Positions 59,134-64,000 of a stretch of DNA of 64,000 bases are shown one piece after another. The position numbers and the translations under genes are program-made. The notes under the pieces are model-generated. The model made no database searches and had not been told where the DNA came from. It saw only the letters and a program-made list of their open reading frames with translations. This DNA comes from a virus (taxonomy: Duplodnaviria > Caudoviricetes), in the IMG/VR virus record IMGVR_UViG_3300020577_003668, positions 1-64,000 of that record; one strand, given 5' to 3'. The stretch's first letter is position 1. Each line of letters opens with the position of its first letter.

Positions 59134-59322
59134 CAAATATCTTTAGATACTACTAATAATTAAGTATTCTTTTGGGTATGAGTGTTAGACGTAACACCTA
59201 TGGGCCTGTTCTGGCGAGGAACTACCCTGATATAACTGTCTAGTCGCTATGGGATGAAAGCATCAGACCCCTAAATAGGACATAAGAATACTTAATTATT
59301 GGGCTTGTAGTATAGAATTATA

Positions 59323-59397
59323 GGGCTGTTCGTATACTGGGTATTACTTCTGTTTTGCATGCAGAAAAAGGCGGATCGTAACCGCCACGGTCCACCA
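59323..59397 (+). tRNA. tRNA-Ala(TGC)
   Basis: G3:U70, loop TTTGCAT, CCA. Confidence 0.88.
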
Positions 59398-59400
59398 TAT

Positions 59401-59473
59401 TAAGCGAAAAGGGTAGCTCCCCCGCTGTTGCCAACTCAACAGCTAGCTTATTAGTTTCTAGTTGGAGATAAAA
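59401..59473 (+). promoter_or_regulatory. Three-way-junction leader with a loop complementary to the SD (copy 3)
   Basis: TAAGC-GAAAA-GGGTAGCTCCC-hairpin(loop CCAACT)-TA-GCTTA, then AGTTGG. Confidence 0.75.
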
Positions 59474-59974
59474 ATGATTATAAAAGAATTTGTATCTAAG
59501 GATACATCTAATAGAACTCGTATGTTTTTAGAACTTCAATGCGAAGTTTGTAAGACTATATTTAGTAGGCAAAAAAGACTAGTAAATACACATACGTGTT
59601 CTGCTAAATGTAGAAATGCCTTTACAGGTATAACTGTAGAATTACAGTGTGATAACTGTGGGGTACCTTTCTTTAGAGCTAAATCTAAACTAGATAATTC
59701 TAAGTCTGGTAAGTATTTTTGCTGTAGACAGTGTAAAGATACTGCACAAACATATATGGAAGAAATAAGGCCGGAACATTATGGTAATGGTAGAGCTTCC
59801 TATAGAGAAAAAGCTTTTAGACATTATAAACCTATTTGTACAAAATGTGGTTTTTCTAATAGATTAGCCCTAGAAGTTCATCATAAAGACAAAGATCGTA
59901 ATAATAACGAAATAGATAATTTAGAAATATTATGTGCTAATTGTCATAATATTTCTCATGCTCTTTTAGCTTAG
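59474..59974 (+). CDS. HNH endonuclease with Zn-ribbon repeats
   Basis: Several CxxC, LEVHHKDKDRNNN...LCANCH. Confidence 0.85.
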   Translation: MIIKEFVSKDTSNRTRMFLELQCEVCKTIFSRQKRLVNTHTCSAKCRNAFTGITVELQCDNCGVPFFRAKSKLDNSKSGKYFCCRQCKDTAQTYMEEIRPEHYGNGRASYREKAFRHYKPICTKCGFSNRLALEVHHKDKDRNNNEIDNLEILCANCHNISHALLA

Positions 59975-60034
59975 TGGAAAAGCCCCTACTTGGTATGTAG
60001 GAGAGCGTTAGTTCGATTCTAACATAGAGCACCA
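59960..60034 (+). tRNA. tRNA-Thr(GGT)
   Basis: CCTAC-TTGGTAT-GTAGG, CCA; overlaps the HNH stop codon. Confidence 0.85.
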
Positions 60035-60142
60035 TATTACTATTATTCGATCTGGATTCGTCTCGCTAACTACTGTAGTTTATGAGTCAGTATCGCAAAT
60101 AGCTCATGGCGATAGAGTTACTATGCCAACTAATTAAATACT

Positions 60143-60454
60143 ATGAAAATTAAAGACTTGATCGCTGAACTGGAAGCATTGTATAATACATATGATGATG
60201 AATACAAAGAGATTATGGGCGAGCCTGGAATCTCTTTGGATGTGTTTAGACGAAAGTACCCAGGCAGTCCTAACCCTGATAGGTTATATGCTGGTATTAC
60301 TGCTGATATCAAAATAGAAAAGTATCCACGTAACTGGTACGAACCAGTTATCAACGCTTTTGCGGAACCTTATGATGAAGATCACGATAAAACTGAAGAA
60401 GGCAAGAAACGTATTGGTAGTCCTTGCCCGTGGCCGCAAAGCTGGCAAACATAA
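60143..60454 (+). CDS. Hypothetical protein
   Basis: 103-aa ORF. Confidence 0.55.
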   Translation: MKIKDLIAELEALYNTYDDEYKEIMGEPGISLDVFRRKYPGSPNPDRLYAGITADIKIEKYPRNWYEPVINAFAEPYDEDHDKTEEGKKRIGSPCPWPQSWQT

Positions 60455-60679
60455 AATTTCTGCTAGAAAGCTGGCACGTAACGAAGTATGAAAAGAGCTC
60501 TAGGATTTATTTTTATAATAGGCTCAGCGTTAGCTAGCTAGTTACAAAAGGGTTGCTGCACTCCGCAACTGTATTCATTATTCTAGCCTGCTCGTCATTT
60601 ATATTGGCCGAGCTAGAAGATATTAAGGATAAACTAAAATGAAAGATTTATCGCGACAGCAGTCGATCGCCGCATCTAA

Positions 60680-60754
60680 TGCCGGTAAATCGACTGTATC
60701 AGATACTTGGCTTTGACCCAAGGTAAGTAGGTTAGATTCCTACACCGGCTGCCA
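60680..60754 (+). tRNA. tRNA-Gln(TTG)
   Basis: CTTGG-CTTTGAC-CCAAG, CCA. Confidence 0.8.
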
Positions 60755-60760
60755 AACATT

Positions 60761-60837
60761 CCCACCTTCGTATAACGGATTTATTACACAACGCTACGAA
60801 CGTTAAAATTGGGGTTCGATTCCCTAAGGTGGGTCCA
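60761..60837 (+). tRNA. tRNA-Arg(ACG)
   Basis: Loop CTACGAA, T arm, CCA. Confidence 0.88.
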
Positions 60838-60902
60838 TTAATTTTTACTTGAATACGCCAAGTTATTAGCGTATAATAGATTTATCGGTTGAGAGATCAG
60901 CC

Positions 60903-61135
60903 AGCTAAAGTAAGCTCCTATTGTAGCGAGGTATTCAGTTACTTCATATAATAGAACTGTCCTGTAAAACCTTGGAGATAATAAACTCTTTAAAGTTGGG
61001 ACAAAAACAAGAACCTTGACAAACGCATGAAATAAAGCAAAGCTAATGGAATACCGCTAGCTAGATAAGTGGTCAAGCAAAAATAACACTTATCGGTCCT
61101 GAATCGAATAATCTCGATAGGAACTTACTTTAGCT
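60903..61135 (+). ncRNA. Y RNA-like 1 (long variable domain)
   Basis: TAGCG...ATTCAG-TTACTTC...CTGAAT inside a long closing stem. Confidence 0.6.
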
Positions 61136-61269
61136 GTAGCGACATAGATAGTTACTTCTTGGTTCAACTCCAAGTTTCGGGGCTTTGAGTATTATGTACT
61201 CAAAGCCCCGAAACTGAGCATGGTGCTCAACAGCCAGCAATGGCTACTATTTATAAATTTTACTCAGCT
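61132..61269 (+). ncRNA. YrlA-type Y RNA 2
   Basis: TAGCG...ATAGATAG-TTACTTC, T arm, long acceptor-like hairpin, D-like arm, CTATTTAT. Confidence 0.75.
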
Positions 61270-61277
61270 TCTTAATA

Positions 61278-61431
61278 TTGTGTGGTGTTAGAAACGGTTA
61301 CTTCATTTTGGATATGACTGTATGTGGGTTCGAGTCCCGCCGGCCCTAATAAATGTACTAAGTATATTTATTAGGGCCGTAGGCAAATTGGTAAAGCCGG
61401 TAAAAAGCTCTGTTTCGCCTTGTTCCCACAG
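61278..61431 (+). ncRNA. YrlA-type Y RNA 3 (permuted tRNA-like domain, TGG anticodon-like loop)
   Basis: GAAACGG-TTACTTC, TCAT-TTTGGAT-ATGA, GTGGG-TTCGAGT-CCCGC, acceptor hairpin, D arm, CTGTTTC...TTGTTC. Confidence 0.85.
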
Positions 61432-61442
61432 TTTTTAAATAC

Positions 61443-61550
61443 GACATAGCGTATTATTAGTTACTTCACTCACCACTTTAGAGTATGAACTGGTTCAATC
61501 CCAGACAGAGCTAGTCGGAATTGCTCATTACTAATAAGTTTGTTCTTGTC
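61443..61550 (+). ncRNA. YrlA-type Y RNA 4
   Basis: GACA-TAGCG...TTATTAG-TTACTTC, T arm, CTAATAA...TTGTTCT-TGTC. Confidence 0.75.
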
Positions 61551-61577
61551 ACCTTCTAATTAATTAAAGAAAACAAA

Positions 61578-62909
61578 ATGTCTAGCCTAAATCGTACTGT
61601 ATATCGCCAAAATATTACTGGTGCCCAAATGGCCCAGAATCATCACGGCCTGAAGGTTACTGCCCTATCTCCTGAAGCCAAGCTGACTCGCCTAACCATG
61701 GCGCACATGCTTTGGGAAAAGCAATTCTATGTTGACGGACAGAAGTCCGCCGACCTAATGGCGTCCCTTGTTACCAAGGTGTCACCATCGTTCGTGTCCA
61801 ACCTGGCTCGCCAGGCGCGCGATAAGTTCAAGCTTCGTCACGTGCCTCTGCACCTGATGCGTTCACTTGCGAAGTCAGGCGCTCTCAAGGCGGCTGATCT
61901 AGCTGAAGTGATCCAACGTCCGGACGAACTTTCCGAGTTCGTTTCCCTTTACTGGGCCGACAAGAAGCAACCTCTGTCCAACCAGGTTAAGAAGGGTCTT
62001 GCACTTGCCTTTGGTAAGTTCAACGAATACCAACTTGCTAAGTGGGATAAGAACTCCGCAGTGGTATCGCTGCGCGACGTGATGTTCCTAGCACACCCAA
62101 AGCCTGCTAACGCAGAGCAAGCTGCCCTTTTCAAGAAGGTAGCAGACCAAAAGCTAGAAACCCCTGATACTTGGGAAACCAATCTATCTGCGGGTGCGGA
62201 TAAGAAGGCTACTTTTACCACCCTAATGCAGGATGGTAAGCTAGGTGCGCTTGCGTTCCTACGTAACCTTCGTAACATGGTGGAATCTGGTGTATCCGAA
62301 TCTCTGATTCGTGATTACTCCAAGACAGTTAACACTGATCGTGTTCTACCTTTCCGTTTCCTTGCGGCAGCCCGCATTGTTCCTCAATTTGAGGACATGC
62401 TAGAAGCAATGATGTTCCGTTCCTGCGAAGGTATGGAAAAGCTGCCAGGCAAGACTAAGCTATACGTAGACGTTTCCGGCTCCATGTATACCCCTAAGGT
62501 TAGTGAAAAGTCCGACCTAACACGTCAGGATGCTTCGCTTGCCCTAGCTATTCTGTGTCGGGAACTATGCGAAGAAGTAGAAATCTACAGCTTCAGCGGA
62601 AAATCTCTACGTATTGCCCCTCGCCGAGGGTTTGCTCTAGCAGACGCTATCAAGACCAGCCAAGGCTGCTCTGGTACTCAGCTAGGACATAGTCTGAAAG
62701 AAACCGAATCTAAAGCTGATCGCATCGTTGTAATCACTGATGAACAATCTAGTGATATGCCTTCTGCTCCTTTTGGTGGAGCCAAGGGTTACCTAATCAA
62801 CGTAGGTAGCTATCAGAACGGCGTTAACCATAACGCCTGGACTAGCATTACTGGCTTCTCCGAAGCTGTATTTAGCTATATCCAAATGTTCGAACGCGAA
62901 GGCGTTTAA
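61578..62909 (+). CDS. rsr: Ro60 / TROVE-domain RNA-binding protein with C-terminal vWA domain
   Basis: IQRPDE, FNEYQLAKW, LRDVMFLAHPKP, PDTWETNLS, LRNLRN, LPFRFL, VDVSGSM MIDAS, VITDEQ. Confidence 0.93.
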   Translation: MSSLNRTVYRQNITGAQMAQNHHGLKVTALSPEAKLTRLTMAHMLWEKQFYVDGQKSADLMASLVTKVSPSFVSNLARQARDKFKLRHVPLHLMRSLAKSGALKAADLAEVIQRPDELSEFVSLYWADKKQPLSNQVKKGLALAFGKFNEYQLAKWDKNSAVVSLRDVMFLAHPKPANAEQAALFKKVADQKLETPDTWETNLSAGADKKATFTTLMQDGKLGALAFLRNLRNMVESGVSESLIRDYSKTVNTDRVLPFRFLAAARIVPQFEDMLEAMMFRSCEGMEKLPGKTKLYVDVSGSMYTPKVSEKSDLTRQDASLALAILCRELCEEVEIYSFSGKSLRIAPRRGFALADAIKTSQGCSGTQLGHSLKETESKADRIVVITDEQSSDMPSAPFGGAKGYLINVGSYQNGVNHNAWTSITGFSEAVFSYIQMFEREGV

Positions 62910-63161
62910 TACCTTTTCCCAGTAATCGACGAGGCTAGTGCCGCACTAGTACTGGGAATAAAAACCACCTCCGGATAGGTCGGGGTTCGACTAAACTAAG
63001 AAGCGATAAGAAACCACACGCTGGCCGGTGACATTGGTGGAAGCCTTAGGGAAGGGGTCGACAATTAGGGTCAAAGCCTTATAAATAAATCTCCATTAAT
63101 GACTGACCTGTAGTCAAGCAGGACGTACCCCCCAGATGGGGGTGAGAGAACCCAAAGCTTT

Positions 63162-63254
63162 AGGGCTTTGGTAAGTATTTAGCGTATGGAATAGGTACTT
63201 CACTTGTAACGAAACCCACCCTTTTCCGCTTGTTCTAATACTTTCCAAAGCCTT
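63162..63254 (+). ncRNA. Y RNA-like 5 (minimal, TGT anticodon-like loop)
   Basis: TAGCG...GGAATAGG-TACTTC...CCTTTTCC...TTGTTCT inside a long closing stem. Confidence 0.7.
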
Positions 63255-63334
63255 AGCGATATAAACAGTTACTTCAATTTTTCCTTCCACGAAAACTCGC
63301 CGAAAGGCAGTACGCTGTTTAGCCTGATCTAGGC
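63250..63334 (+). ncRNA. Y RNA-like 6 (TCC anticodon-like loop)
   Basis: GCCT-TAGCG...TAAACAG-TTACTTC, TTTTC-CTTCCAC-GAAAA, CTGTTTA...CTGATCT-AGGC. Confidence 0.7.
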
Positions 63335-63345
63335 CCCTATTAAAT

Positions 63346-63462
63346 CCTTAGCGAATTTATCAGCTACATCCGCCAGTGGGTAAGACCACACTAATCATCT
63401 AGAGGCTGTCAATGGAATAAACAGTCCAGTCGAAAGACTATCTCTGATATAATTGTTCTAGG
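63346..63462 (+). ncRNA. Y RNA-like 7
   Basis: CCT-TAGCG...TATCAG-CTACATC...CTGATA...TTGTTCT-AGG. Confidence 0.65.
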
Positions 63463-63573
63463 TGTATATTTATTATGAAAAGAACTATTCTTGATTACTG
63501 CATCTACTTATTCATTCTAGCAGTAGCAATTTTTAGTGTAATTTATCCCTTATGGCCGAAGTAAGTAATTAAT

Positions 63574-63666
63574 GGATGGCTGCTAGAGCGGCAATAGTCT
63601 GGTTTGCTAAACCAAGGATATTCGGGAAGACCGGGTACATAGGTTCGATTCCTATGCCATCCTCCA
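63574..63666 (+). tRNA. tRNA-Ser(GCT)
   Basis: GGATGGC/GCCATCC, loop TTGCTAA, long variable arm, CCA. Confidence 0.88.
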
Positions 63667-63743
63667 AGCATTTAAAATTTAATCTTGATTTATTTGGCCC
63701 ATTGCAGTATAATGATTACTCAATGGGCCAAACTATTTTTAGA

Positions 63744-63914
63744 ATGACTAAACTAATCAACGATTTTAATACTAAATTTAAGGGCTCAACGGCTCCTAAA
63801 CCAAGACAAATCTATACAGGCACAGAAATGATCGGCATCGCTCAGATTCCTAAGTCTAATGCGGTACCAGTTTTTAGCGCTAAAGAAGCGCAAGGCACTG
63901 TGAAGGTGAAGTAA
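63744..63914 (+). CDS. Small conserved phage protein
   Basis: YTGTEMIGIAQIPKSNAVPVF; downstream of a promoter. Confidence 0.5.
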   Translation: MTKLINDFNTKFKGSTAPKPRQIYTGTEMIGIAQIPKSNAVPVFSAKEAQGTVKVK

Positions 63915-63979
63915 GATTGTCGTAATTCGGATCAAGCAGATGTGGGCCAGACGGGGCTTCGCCGCCCCCACCTCCACCA
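63902..63979 (+). ncRNA. tmRNA-like 3' end (possible acceptor piece or remnant)
   Basis: GAC-GGGGC-TTCGCC-GCCCC-CACCTCC-A-CCA. Confidence 0.4.
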
Positions 63980-64000
63980 GTTAGTATAGAGTATAGATGC

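Noticed and set aside
63576-63743. N-terminal half of ORF 63576-63914
   Set aside because: Overlaps tRNA-Ser and a promoter; only the part from ATG 63744 is credible

Overview
A 64-kb piece of a large lytic siphophage genome organised like T5 (Demerecviridae-like). The host is probably a proteobacterium, inferred from sigma70, sigma54, IscR and Fur-type sites. Positions 1-30.9 kb (minus strand) hold the morphogenesis module: receptor-binding and tail-tip genes, a 2839-aa tape measure, chaperones, tail tube, head-tail genes, an in-frame protease-capsid fusion, portal, nicking endonuclease and both terminase subunits. A TPR-glycosyltransferase plus FkbM methyltransferase pair sits between terS and terL. 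Positions 31.2-42.4 kb look like the terminal-repeat/pre-early region: short rightward gene cassettes (A2/D3-like DNA-binding proteins, SprT, HAD phosphatase, DEDDh exonuclease) separated by spacers packed with host regulator-like sites. These are IscR type-1 boxes, three consensus sigma54 sites, a Fur-like box, CsoR/RcnR/FrmR-like operators, OmpR/CpxR-like tandem boxes and 12 leftward extended -10 promoters, most of them hairpin-forming. This array is the best candidate for an undescribed system. Positions 41-64 kb are an RNA-rich early region: about 18 canonical tRNAs, two tRNA-like RNAs with a relocated D arm, a tRNA-abutting hammerhead ribozyme, a repeated SD-sequestering pseudoknot in front of homing endonucleases, and a Ro60/TROVE gene flanked by seven diversified YrlA-type Y RNAs. 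All assignments come from reading motifs by eye; no database searches were run.
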